DNA of 57,232 bases from Octopus bimaculoides. Lineage: Eukaryota. The position numbers and the translations under genes were made by a program. Positions 12,459-25,125 of this stretch are shown here, in pieces. Every line of letters begins with the position of its first letter. Position 1 is the stretch's first letter. The stretch spans positions 42,579,654 through 42,636,885 of the forward strand of contig NC_068998.1 of the NCBI RefSeq assembly GCF_001194135.2. The letters are read 5' to 3'. Under the pieces are notes generated by a model that was given only the letters and a program-made list of their open reading frames with translations, was not told where the DNA came from and made no database searches.

Positions 12459-12598
12459 CTGAAATTGAATTAAAACATAAGATTCACATCTATCTTTTTA
12501 TATGCATATATATCTCTACGCATGTATGTACATATGTATATCTATATCTGTCCATCAATTTATCTATCAATCTCTCACACTCTCTCTCTCTCTCTCTC

Positions 12599-12673
<75 letters not shown>

Positions 12674-12688
12674 GTATATAAGGACTAA

Positions 12689-12723
<35 letters not shown>

Positions 12724-12913
12724 TATTTAGTCCTTCATTTTGTGCTCATTGCTTTCATAATATACATTGTATGTTATGTATATATATATGCATATATACA
12801 TACATACATATATATATATATATACACACACACATGTATATACATATGTACATATATATGTACATATGTATAAGTATAAATATATATATATATATACGTA
12901 CGTACACACACAC

Positions 12914-12952
<39 letters not shown>

Positions 12953-13184
12953 CACAGTCATTCACTTGCATGTTCCAAACATTGGACTGACGTCCTCCGA
13001 GAGACACGTATGAAAACATACAAAAATACATACATACACGCACGCACACACAAACACGTACACACATATTATATATAAATACCATATATACATGCCTGCT
13101 TACATAATTATATGTATAGACACATGCACACGCATTTATGTATATATACATATAGATATGTGTATGTGTGTGTGTGTGTGTGTA

Positions 13185-13239
<55 letters not shown>

Positions 13240-13709
13240 ATTTTGCAGGCGCTTGTGTATGTCTGTATGAAATACTATACAATACAAGACAGATTTCCAG
13301 CCAGCACTGTAAGAGTCTGATTTAAAAGACTTTCTTCTGTTTTTCTTTTTCTTCTTCGTGTCTATAAAAACATTACGTATCAACACAAGATGTTTACATC
13401 CGTCTATTAAAGTATTGGCTGAAATATGTTCGCGTATAGACATCTACAGTTATTATATATATATATATATATATATATACATACATAAACGTATATATAT
13501 TCATACACACATATATATGTATTATATGTATATGTATAAGTACACATATATACATATATATATATATATATATAATGTGTATATATGTATATGTGTATTT
13601 ACATATATATACACATATATATATTATAAATATATATTTGTATATATTCATATATTTATGTATATGCATATATATATGTGTATATATATATGTATAAATA
13701 TATTTATAA

Positions 13710-13755
<46 letters not shown>

Positions 13756-14129
13756 TTATAAATATATTTATACATATATATATACATATATATATATATA
13801 TATNNNNNNNNNNATATATACTTACATACATATCGTCATTTAGTATAGGTGGAGAAAGAATACTGCTAAATTATTCAGAATTTAAATATACATATGTGTG
13901 TGTGTATGTATATATGTATTTATGTGTATATGAATGTATGTATTATGTTTGTATGTAAGTTTGTATATATGTTTGTTTGTTTGTGTGTGTGTGTGTGTTT
14001 GTATGTATGGATTTCACTGTATCACTGTTTCAATCGCAGTATCAGTTAATGCTATACACCGCTGGTCACAATACGCTTCCTGCATTGTTGCAGATTTCAA
14101 ATGATGTTCCCATGCTGGCTAAGCTGTTA

Positions 14130-14335
14130 GGTCTCTGACCTATAAATGACAAGTGCTCAATATATTCTCTAAACGGGTCGCTAGTCCGGCACAGATTTAC
14201 TCATTTACATGTAAACGTCTGGTGAAATGTAAAATGAAGTGTTTTTCTAGAGGACGCAACGCTCTCCCCGGGAATCGAAAGTGTAATCTTGCAATTGTTA
14301 TTGTAACATCCTAAGAACTAGGTGATGCGCCTTCA
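14130..14335 (-). mobile_element. SINE family D, decayed
   Basis: gtaaaatgaagtgtttttctagaggacgcaacgc...gggaatcgaa, homologous to 10930-11060. Confidence 0.65.
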
Positions 14336-14392
14336 CACGCACACACACGCACAAGCATATGTTACAGGTGCTGCCCCAATATGAAAATTATT

Positions 14393-14823
14393 CTTTTCTA
14401 CTCTACGAGCAAGGCCCGAAATTTTGGGAGAGGGGGCCAGTCGATTAGATCGATTCCAGTAAGCAACTGGTACTTAATTTATCGACGCCGAAAGGATGAA
14501 GGGCAAAGTCGACCACGGTGGAATTTGAACTCATAAAGTCAAGACAGACGAAATAACGCCAAGCATTTCGCTCGGCGTGCTAACGTTTCTTATTTCTTTA
14601 TTGCCCACAAGGGGCTAAACATAGAGGGGACAAACAAGGACAGACAAATGGATTAAGTTGATTACATCGACTCCAATGTGTAACTGGTACTTAATTTATC
14701 GAACCCGAAAGGATGAAAGGCAAAGAGGACCTCGGTGGAATTTGAACTCAGAACGTCAGGACAGACGAAATACCGCTAAGCATTTCGCCCGGCGTGCTAA
14801 CGTTTGTTCGAGCTCACCACCTT
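14393..14823 (-). mobile_element. Dimeric SINE B (variant-tail monomer plus head-clipped standard monomer) with 15-bp TSD
   Basis: Two family B monomers in tandem; aatatgaaaattatt is duplicated immediately on both sides. Confidence 0.9.
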
Positions 14824-14882
14824 AATATGAAAATTATTAATACACGTAAGTCTCGCAGTCACACCGGGCGCCCGTTCCAAAA

Positions 14883-15230
14883 TGTGATTGTAGACAACTA
14901 AATACTTGCCCACCCGACGGGGCATGTATGGTTACCTTAGTTGTATACGACGATGGTGCCTAATCAGTTCTGCCAAATAAGGAAACTAAAAAGAAAAGAT
15001 ATATTCAAGCCTATAGAAGTGACTTTAAAAAATTGACATGTCTACCATTGATTGTCTTTTCGGCACAGACACACGAAGAAATCCACGAACGCAGCTTCAC
15101 ACATTTGGGAAGCTAAAAATCACGCACACCATCAAGTGGAATATCGTTGAGCAATACACGTCATATGTTAATGGCTCAAAGTGATGTCGGTTTGTTGTAG
15201 CTGAAAGAATTCATACAGTTTATAAATCTA
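14883..15230 (+). mobile_element. Penelope-like element, decayed GIY-YIG endonuclease region
   Basis: Across frameshifts and stops: CDCRQLNTCPPDGACMVTLVVY...KRYI...DFKK...SFRHRHTKKSTNAASHIWE...IKWNIVEQYTSYVNGSK*CRFVVAERIHT. This matches the Penelope C-terminal pattern CNCR...CPLDGxC...Y...SFR...HIW...IKW. Confidence 0.85.
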
Positions 15231-15681
15231 AAATCTCCACCGCCCTCCGGAACTAGGGACCGGGAATTTTCTATACAGGCATCTCGGCAAGTTTCAACTG
15301 TCGAAGTGAGGAATACCACCCTTTCCGGATAAGATATGCACTCTTTAAACTTTCACCGTTGAATTAATCCGAACAACTACCGTTAATTCCCGTCCTAACA
15401 GGCCAAGGAGAAACAAATCCCTTCCAAGCTATCATTTTCGCGTTTCTTTTTCTCGCCATTTTCTTTCGTTTACATCGTTCTTTCTTGCTTTTTCTCAGAC
15501 AGCAACCATGTGTATTTTGAACCTGAAAGATTGTAGAGTAATTTACGACATGCTATACAAGGTTTTCCGATTAGTGAACTATCGGAGCATGGAGCTTATG
15601 GTAGCTCATACTTATACAGTGTATACTCATAATTTATAAACTTATAGCGTTTATTATTATAAGATATGACACAATATGATG

Positions 15682-15720
<39 letters not shown>

Positions 15721-15726
<6 letters not shown>

Positions 15727-15911
15727 TAAACCTTGGGAGAGGCATTATGCCGGTAATAAACACACGCACTGGTTCAGTCCTTTATTAATTTAATTTATAT
15801 AGTTTTTTGTTAAATTATTTAACAAAAAACTATATAAATTAAATTAATAAAAGACTGAACCAGTGCGTGTGTTTATTACCGGCATAATGCCTCTCCCAAG
15901 GTTTAATTGTA
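15721..15911. repeat. 191-bp palindrome (95-bp arms, 1-nt centre, one mismatch)
   Basis: The arms pair base by base about centre 15816; the only mismatch is 15780/15852. Confidence 0.95.
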
Positions 15912-16549
15912 TTTCTTTCAACACACGTATCCACATCAAGAATCTTGCACACGANNNNNNNNNNNNNNNNNNNNNNNNNNNNNNNNNNNNNNNNNNNNNN
16001 NNNNNNNNNNNNNNNNNNNNNNNNNNNNNNNNNNNNNNNNNNNNNNNNNNNNNNNNNNNNNNNNNNNNNNNNNNNNNNNNNNNNNNNNNNNNNNNNNNNN
16101 NNNNNNNNNNNNNNNNNNNNNNNNNNNNNNNNNNNNNNNNNNNNNNNNNNNNNNNNNNNNNNNNNNNNNNNNNNNNNNNNNNNNNNNNNNNNNNNNNNNN
16201 NNNNNNNNNNNNNNNNNNNNNNNNNNNNNNNNNNNNNNNNNNNNNNNNNNNNNNNNNNNNNNNNNNNNNNNNNNNNNNNNNNNNNNNNNNNNNNNNNNNN
16301 NNNNNNNNNNNNNNNNNNNNNNNNNNNNNNNNNNNNNNNNNNNNNNNNNNNNNNNNNNNNNNNNNGTACGTGTACGTGTACGCGCGCGTCTCTTTCTTCA
16401 ATTCCTATTCGTCCAGTCATCTACAAATTTATGAGACGCCAGAAAAGTGCTGACCAGTTATTATTATTTGTCAGAACATTATTCGTCACTGCTTATCGGC
16501 AATTCTTCTGACTCCTAAAATTTTAGGCCTTGTGTCTATAATAGAAAGG

Positions 16550-16599
<50 letters not shown>

Positions 16600-16799
16600 T
16601 GTACATGTACGTTTGTATTCGTCATTATTTTCTTTTAGAAAAATTGAAGCAGGTCCTTGACATTTCCGGAGCATATTGAACTTATTTTGTGTGTAACTCT
16701 TCTTCCAGCCTGTATATTTTTATAGTAATAATCTGCGACTCAATTTTTAATACAAAAATACGATGAAACTATATTTAAAAAGTTAGCTCTCTTGCATAT

Positions 16800-17010
16800 A
16801 AAAAAGTCCTTTCAGCTATAGGCACAAGAGCTGAACTTTCGTGAGTGGAGGCTTTGTCTTTTACATCAGCCACAGTACATGACTGGTACTTATTTTATTG
16901 ACCCCGAAAGGATTACAAGCAAAGTCGGCTTCGATGGAATTCGAACTTACAACGTAAAGACGAACGAAATGCCACTAAGCCTTTTGTTTTATGTGATAAC
17001 TGTTCTGCCA
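16800..17010 (-). mobile_element. SINE family B, decayed
   Basis: actggtacttattttattgaccccgaaagg...gaattcgaacttacaacgtaaagacgaacgaaatgcc. Confidence 0.75.
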
Positions 17011-17039
17011 ACTCGCTGCTTTTTACACCAAGAAAATAA

Positions 17040-17257
17040 TCCCTTCTACTAAATGCACGCGGCCTGAAATTTTGATGAAGAGGACTAATTGATTACATCG
17101 ACCCTCAGTGTTTCACTGGTACTTAATTTATCGACCCCCGAAAGGATGAACGGCCAAGTCGACCTCGGTGAAATTTGAACTCAGAACGTCTAGACGGACG
17201 AAATGCCGCGAAGCATTTTGCTTGGCGTGCTAACAATTCTGGCAGCTCGCCACCTTA
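17040..17257 (-). mobile_element. SINE family B
   Basis: tttatcgacccccgaaaggatgaa...gaaatttgaactcagaacg...ctggcagctcgccacctta. Confidence 0.9.
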
Positions 17258-17734
17258 TGCCAATAAAATAATAAACGTAAAATTTCATAGAATATATTTC
17301 GAAAGATTTAGCTTTCACATCAAGAGTTAATAATTGTAAAGCTTTTAGAAAATAATTACCAAAACAACTCTTTAAAAGCGTGTTAAACTATAAAACTATA
17401 ATTTTAAAAAAAATCTAACTTTCTGACAAGTAAAACAAGAAAAAATAACAGAAATTTAATGCAAAATTATAAAAACATATATTATAACTCTCCCGTTTCA
17501 AACCACAATCTATCAAAAGAAATGATAGTTAAACTATTAAAAAGCAACTAAAACGTAACCATCCCCGCAACTATAAAAATATATTTAAAGGAAAAGCTTC
17601 CCGCCCCTGCTCCATCAAATTAGATTCAACTCTAAAATAGTTACTAAATACATTACTACAACCAAATTCACAGGCACACCACCACGACAACGGCGGCAAC
17701 AAGAACAAGAATACATTAATATGCCAATATCAGC

Positions 17735-18062
17735 GAAGGTGGCGAACTGGCAGAAACGTTAGCTTGCCGGGTGAAATGCTCAGTGCTAATTCGTCTGCTG
17801 TAACGTTTTGAGTTCAATTTCCGCCGAGGTCAACTTTGCCTTTCATCCTTTCGGGGTCGATAAATTAAATACCAGTTGCGTACTGGGGTCGATCTAATCG
17901 ACTGGCCCCCTCCGCAAAATTTCGGGCCTTGTGCCTAGAGTAGAAAAGAAACGTTAGCACGCCGGGCGAAATACTTAGCGGTATTTCGTCTGTCTTTGCG
18001 TTCTGAGTTCAAATTGCGCCGAGATTGACTTCGCCTTTTATCCTTTCGGGGTCGATAAATTT
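17735..18062 (+). mobile_element. SINE family B followed by a head-clipped second monomer
   Basis: Full copy at 17735-17948. The junction gtagaaaagaaacgttagcacgcc leads into a second monomer, truncated at about 18062 by family A. Confidence 0.88.
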
Positions 18063-18380
18063 AAATCGACCCCAGGATTTATTCTTTGTAAGCCTAGTAC
18101 TTATTCTATTGGTCTCTTTTGCCGAACCGCTAAGTTACGGGGACGTAAACACACCACCATCGGTTGTCAAGCGATGTTGGAGGGACAAACACAGACACAC
18201 AAACATATACACACACATACATATACATATATACGACAGGCTTCTTTTAGTTTCCGTCTACCAAATCCACTCACAAGGCTTTGGTCGGCCCGAGGCTCTA
18301 GTAGAAGACACTTGCCCAAGATGCCACGCAGTGGGAATGAACCCGGAACCATGTGGTTGGTAGGCAAGCTACTTACCACA
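18063..18380 (-). mobile_element. SINE family A, near full length
   Basis: Reverse complement of the family A head, body and tail; compare 57022-57232 and 7387-7672. Confidence 0.92.
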
Positions 18381-18545
18381 CATTCTTTCAGTTTCCGTCT
18401 ATCAAATTTCACTCACCGAGGTTTCGTCGTTTCGTTACTGTGGCATCCTGAAGTGGAACTGAATCGGAAAACAAGTAGTTGCTAACTGAACTTCTTAACT
18501 ACACAGCTTGGATAAAGAGGAGAACTTAGACCCAGGTAGAATTAA

Positions 18546-18925
18546 GGTCATGATCAGGTGTTGGCGCATGTATAGTTGCAGCGGGTTGCAGCATTCGGCA
18601 TGTTTCAGTATATTTCAGGGTCCTCCTGGGTGGTCTGTTGAACTTAGTCTCAGTTAGTTCTTTTCCCCGCGAGATACTTCCTCGCCTGCCCTGGCCATGT
18701 GGGATGTGGTCAACCAATACCAACTGTCAACCCAGCCCGGTTTTCAGTGAAGAGATCGTAGTAAGCAGGGTCTAAAACTCAGGAAATTGGGCAACATGGC
18801 CAAAGAGTCTGAGTTGGCACTCCCGAATCAATACATGTAACAGGACGCATCCCAGTTTCTGAGTAAGGTTGTTCATTGGATAAGGAATTCGACCAATGGT
18901 AACCCAGAATCCTGCGAAGGAAACG
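18546..18925 (-). mobile_element. RTE-clade LINE 3' fragment, decayed
   Basis: Minus strand reads LRRILGYHWSNSLSNEQPYSETGMRPVTCI(frameshift)IRECQLRLFGHVAQFPEF, the RTE LRRIL...W...SN...RxLRxFGHVxR motif. Homologous to 37395-37797. Confidence 0.85.
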
Positions 18926-19529
18926 TAGACTAAGTTTGAATAAATTACACTTGCCCTTGGTACCTTAAAGTGGGACTGAACTTGAATCAACGTAGCTGCG
19001 AAACAATCCTTTGAAGTAAAGTTTGGGTTGGTCACGATTGGAACGTCTATAAATAGGTGTGTCGCTCAGGGATCAGGTACGCTATAACAGTTACAGTGGT
19101 TTGTGGGGGTAAAGTTAACATTAGGAGGAGAGAACCTGGCCTCCTTTTGTAGAAGATTGGGGACGGGGAGGCAGTCATTGACACGCTTTGTCCCTTTCTT
19201 TCACTCCTTTACTCTCCCCCTCTCTCTTTCTCTCTCTCTGTCTTCCTCTCTCTCTCTCTCTCAGTCAGTCTACCTATATCGCTCCCACTTTCGCTTTCAC
19301 TTCCCTTTCCTTCACCCACTTCTCCCTTTCTTATGAATAATGCTCAATATATATGAGGCACAAAGGTATGTATGAATATGTGTGTGTGTGAAGAATGGAC
19401 GGGCTTTTGTGTATGCTTGTATGTTGCATGTATGTATGTCTGTATGTATGTATGTATGTATGTACATTTGTATGCATATATCTATGCACGTATACCTAGA
19501 TGTGAATGTATGTGTACACATAAACACTC

Positions 19530-19562
<33 letters not shown>

Positions 19563-20889
19563 AATGTATGTATGTTACATTTGCGTACACACAGAAACAA
19601 CTTCACAGACTCACACATAGACACGCACCTATACATACACACACGCGTACATATTCATGCAATCATACACAAATACACAATTACAAGTGTATAGATAAAT
19701 GTCTGTGTGTGTGAAAGTGTGTGAGTGTGTGTGAGCGTGTGTGAGTGTGTGTATTTAAATTATATTAAAACATCGTTTCAGTTTCATTTTTTAAATAAAA
19801 GATGAAATTTAAAACATGGCATTAACTTATATCATTAACTGATGGCTTTCCTTCAATGGTTTTCTTTGTCTGCATATTTCAATGTCTGTCTGTTTGTCCC
19901 ACTTACTTAGCGACAGTCAATTTCTATTTATGTATGTATGTATGTATGGATGGATGGATGGATGCATGCATGTATGTATGTATCCATGTATGTATGTTTG
20001 TATGTATGCATGTATCTATCGATATATCTATCTATCTATCCATGTATGTATGTATGTATGTATATATGTATGGATGTATGTGTCTATCTATCTATCTATA
20101 CTCACAGATACACATACACTTTAACACACACACACACACATACACATAGGGGGCGTCCATGTATTTGTATGTCTCTCTCTACCTGTTTCTGTAACTACTT
20201 GCCTATAGTTTTCAATCTTTTTCACTCTATACACTTATATATATTTGTACATACATACATATATACATAGGTACATACATGCATACATACTTACATATAT
20301 ACATACATAAATGCGTATATATATAACATAACACGTGAGAAAATATGGATGTGTGAATCAATATTTATATATGTAAAGAATAGGCACAAATGATAGAAAA
20401 TAACATAACAGATAAATCAAAGGAAGAATTTAATGACAATTAACCCTTCCTCAGCTCGTTCACTCGGGATTCAAGCAGTTTCAGCATGTAATTTAAGGAT
20501 GCTTACCTCAGGATCATGCACTCTCATTGGTTATGATGTTAGCCAATTGATACAACGGAGAGCCAGTATCACTTCCTCTCTTTCTTTCTCTTTCTCTTTG
20601 CTTTCTCACGCCCTCTTTCCTCTTTTCTTTCACTCTCCCCTTGTCTTCCTCTCACTTCTCGTTTTTTCTTTCCCCTTTACTATCTCACTACTCTGACATC
20701 TCTCTCTGTTTCTCACCACCCCTATCTTACACCCACCTCTTTCTCCCTCTCTTTCCTTCTTTCTACACTGGCTCTAGTTCATTCCTTCCTACTTTTGCTG
20801 TTCAGCTGACCAAAGGGTTTAGTCCAAGCATTTCTCTTCCATTTTATTTTCTTTGTTTCGCTTTGCACACGTTGCATTTAGTGTTATTA

Positions 20890-21105
20890 AGGCGATGAGC
20901 TGGCAGAATTCTCAGCAGGCCGGGCAAAATGCTTGGTGGCAGTTCGACCGTCCTTACGCTCTGAGTTCAAATCTGCCGAGGTCGACTTAGCTTTTTGACC
21001 TTTCGGTGTCGTTAAAATAAGTACCAGTTGGACACTGGGGTCAATGTAATCGACTTATACTGCCTCAGAAATTGCTGACCTTGTTCCAAATTTTGAATCC
21101 AATAT
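20890..21105 (+). mobile_element. SINE family B
   Basis: aaggcgatgagctggcagaatt...ctgagttcaaatctgccgaggtcgac...gaccttgttccaaattttgaatccaata. Confidence 0.85.
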
Positions 21106-21279
21106 ATAGTGTTATTTTGTATTGATTTATTTGCATCATAATCTATTATTGAATTTTATAAAGGTTTCTCGCCATTTTAGAAGTGGCCAATTTCAATTCT
21201 AGAAAGGAAAAGAACCTTTGAATAGATACACACACACATGTACATATGCATATACACATCACACACCTACATACATATG

Positions 21280-21640
21280 AGGATCCAGTTGATCCGATCA
21301 ACGGATCAGCCTACTTGTAAGATTAACGTGCAAGTGGCTGAGCATTCCACAGACACGTGTAGCCTTAACGTAGTTCTCGGGGACATTCAGCGTTACACAG
21401 AGTGTGATAAGACTGGATCTTTTGAAATATAGGTTACAACAGAAACAGGAAAAAAGAGTGAGAGAAAGTTGAGGTGAAAGAACACAGTAGGGCTCGCTAG
21501 CCCCCCCCCCCCTACCGGAGCATCGTGGCGCTTTAGGTGTTTTCGCGCAATAAACACTCACAATGGCCGGTCTTGGAACCGAAACCGCGATCCTACGACG
21601 GCGAGTTCGCTGCCCTAAGCACTGGGCCATTGCACCTATA
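21280..21640 (-). mobile_element. SINE family C, tail-truncated
   Basis: Homologous to 39756-40142 (ccagttgatccgatcaacgg...aataaacactcaca...cactgggccattgcacct). Confidence 0.9.
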
Positions 21641-22066
21641 CACACACACACACACACACATGCACCCATATATACATACACATACATTCTACCTTACCAT
21701 ATGGTTACCGCCATCAAAACCACCTCCACCATCTCGCGTCCACCATCACCGTAACCACGTACCCACTACCACCACCACCACCACCACAACGCAGCCACTA
21801 CCCCCACACCACCTCACAACAATAGAAACCACAACCACCATCTCCACCCCCATTTCTCCACCACCACTACTATCATGTAATTATATTCTATTTAACGTTT
21901 TAAAAGTGTAATGGATTTTCAATACGACTTTGGTAAGATTAATGCATATGAAGATGCCAAGCTGTAAGTACGTGTACCTGTGATTGTGTGTGTGCGCAGC
22001 TGTGTATGAGTATGTGTATGCGCGTAGAAATGCTTGTGTCTATGCGTACCTATATATATGTATATA

Positions 22067-22134
<68 letters not shown>

Positions 22135-22451
22135 TATATAGGATGTATATATATGCATATGTATGCCCATATATATATATATACAGAGTGTATGTATACA
22201 CACACACACACATACTTATATGTGTATGTATACATATATATATATATATATATGTTTATATGTATCCATATATATATATGTTTATATATATACATGTGTG
22301 TGTGTGTGTGTGTGTGTGTGAGTGTGTGCGTGTCGTGTATGTGTGTGTGTCTGTAAATTTTGTTTTCATATGAATGTATGTGTGACTGCGCTTACATATA
22401 TATATGTATATATCTGTCTATATATATATATACATAATGTATATATATATG

Positions 22452-22490
<39 letters not shown>

Positions 22491-22654
22491 GTATATATGC
22501 AGAATGTATGAATACACACACACATACATTTATATGTCTGTGTTTGTATATATGTGTATATATGTGTGTGTGTGTGTGTGTATGTGTATGGATGCTTCTG
22601 TATGTTTTCATATGTATGTGTGACCGCGCTCACATACATACATACATACATACA

Positions 22655-22726
<72 letters not shown>

Positions 22727-23077
22727 TATACTTACTTTTACACACACACACATTCTAAGACGTATACCTACGAAGTCATGCATGCACACGCGCTGTCGTA
22801 CATATTCCTTGTGTTTTAATACAAACGCATTACACATAATACATGCACACACAGACACGCATACACACACACACATACACACGCATATAGAAGAACAAAC
22901 ACACACACATACACAGCCTTGTTTGTGTATGCGTACGTGTGTGCGCGTGTTTGTGCCTATATTAAGTAGGATACATGGCATTGGTGATTGACAAGATGGA
23001 TCGCAGGAGATGTGGTGGAGGTAATGCTTATCTCGGAGAATAATGTTGTTTGGAAAAGGCTGGCAGTATGAAGAGAA

Positions 23078-23156
23078 GAGGGGGAAGGTGAGAGGAGAGG
23101 GGGAAGGTGAGAGGAGAGGGAGAAGGTGAGAGGAGAGGGGGAAGGTGAGAGGAGAG
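23078..23156. repeat. 19-bp purine minisatellite, about 4 copies
   Basis: Repeats of gggggaaggtgagaggaga. Confidence 0.9.
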
Positions 23157-23237
23157 CTGAGGCTGAGAATAGGTAGAGTGTGCAATTAATAGATTAAGGT
23201 GAAGGTAGATAGATAGATATAGAGAGATGGATAGATG

Positions 23238-23268
<31 letters not shown>

Positions 23269-23323
23269 GGACTGACAGACAGACGGGCGGATGGTTGGAT
23301 GAGTATTATATATAATATGATAT

Positions 23324-23365
<42 letters not shown>

Positions 23366-23368
23366 TAT

Positions 23369-24028
23369 ATGCATATATGGGCATAAGACGTCACCGAATG
23401 TATAAACAACATGAAGTAAAAAAAAACGAGTTAAATACGCAAATAACGAGAGAAAAATGGAAAACAGGACAAGTAAATACCGTTTTCTATATCTCTCTCC
23501 CTCTTTCTCTATTTCTTTCTCTCGTTGCTCACACGTGATCATCGTCTATCTTTCTTTTCCTCACGTGACCATCGTCTATCTTTCTTTTCCTCACGTGACC
23601 ATCTTTATTTTCCTGCACGACGTTCTAAGGACTGGACGTTTTCCTTCTCTCTTTTCTCTTTTCCAGGAAAATATTTATCCCAGCGTTCAATATTTTCCTC
23701 TCGTTCTGGTTTAACAATGCTCCATGTTTGTTTTCGTTGTTTCCTTGTATTTCTGCGCTGTCCTGCTTTCCTTCCCAACTTAGGCCCTCCATAAATCCAA
23801 AAATTTAATGTTGGAATTTATGGAACAACTGTCTTTTAAGACTCATAGTGTCGTTGAATGCTCGAAATGAGGAGTAAATAGACAGCCGACAGCTGATGAA
23901 GGGTCCTTTCTCTGTGTTTCCTTGTCCTGTTTTACATTTTTCCTTTCGCTGTTTCCTTATTCAACTCGTTTGTTTTCGTACTTCATGTTGTTTACAGAGT
24001 CGGTGACGTTCTGTACCCATATATGCAT
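23369..24028. mobile_element. Non-autonomous element with about 105-bp imperfect terminal inverted repeats, embedded in (TA)n
   Basis: 23369-23473 (atgcatatatgggcataagacgtcaccgaatgtataaacaacatgaagta...aaaacaggacaag) is the diverged reverse complement of 23921-24028. It contains an internal 30-bp tandem repeat at about 23530-23600 and has no coding capacity. Confidence 0.8.
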
Positions 24029-24675
24029 ATATATATATGAGAGAGAAAGAGAGCGACAGAGAGAGAGAGAGGTAGATAAATACATAATATCTATATGCAT
24101 ATATATGTAGGTAAGTAGAGAGAGAAAGAGAGTGTAGGAGAGTGTATCAGAAAGTGAGCGTTTGAATGTGTGTGTAACTGTGTGTAGAGAAACAGATAGG
24201 GAAATAGATAGATTGAGAGATAGACAGATAGGTAGGTAGGGAGGGCGGGAAGGAGAGAGAGAGAGAGAATGTGTGTGTGTTTGTTTACGTACAAGTATGT
24301 GTGTGAATACGTATATATTTATGCTTGTACGTGTGCGTGTGTTTGTAAGTTAGATAGAATGAGAGAAAGTCTATGTATCTGTATGGATGTGTGTGCATCT
24401 GTCTTTGCCCCTGTGTGTTTGTGCGTTTGGGTATTGTGCGTGCATATGTGAATTTTGTGTGTCTGCCAGGCAAGCCCTTTATTAGGCAGCGATCATGGTG
24501 TGTTTCGTTGTACCCGAGCAACGATAATATCTTGGAATCTCAGAAAATAGTCTCGTTGAAGACTAGCAGACATATTTTATAAAGTAGGTGCTGAAAAGAT
24601 CTTTCGTACCCTTGATAAAATACTTCTTGAAGATTCTGCCTAGTGGGGAAAAGCCTGAGTATGTATGTATGTATG

Positions 24676-24728
<53 letters not shown>

Positions 24729-25059
24729 ATGCATGTCATTGTTCAGTTTTCTTTCAAGATTTCTTGTTAATAGAGAAAGAGCCAGTTTCCGACCTAGATC
24801 CAAGATTCCTTCATTGGAATTTCAACATCATTGTATACATGTATGTATTATGTATATGTGCAGATTGCTTTATGTATGTAATCTCATTCATATAATTGCA
24901 TATCTAAACATGCTCATATATATTTAAATGATAAACGTTTGTAAAGTTTTACAGATTTTTACAGTTCCAGTGATGTAGTTTTCGAATTAGCTTTCTCCTT
25001 TCTGGTTTTGAAACGGTTAGTGCTGAACACACTGTGTAGCAGCAACAGCAGCAGAAGTT

Positions 25060-25125
<66 letters not shown>

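Noticed and set aside
23860-23905. Permuted hammerhead halves gctcgaaa...ctgatgaaggg
   Set aside because: A 4-bp stem II is possible, but no stem III with a UH cleavage site and no stem I can form.
24586-24840. Two phase-compatible plus-strand exon candidates around a 100-bp microsatellite intron
   Set aside because: The joined peptide is unrecognisable, the first acceptor is weak, and the donors coincide with (GTAT)n starts.
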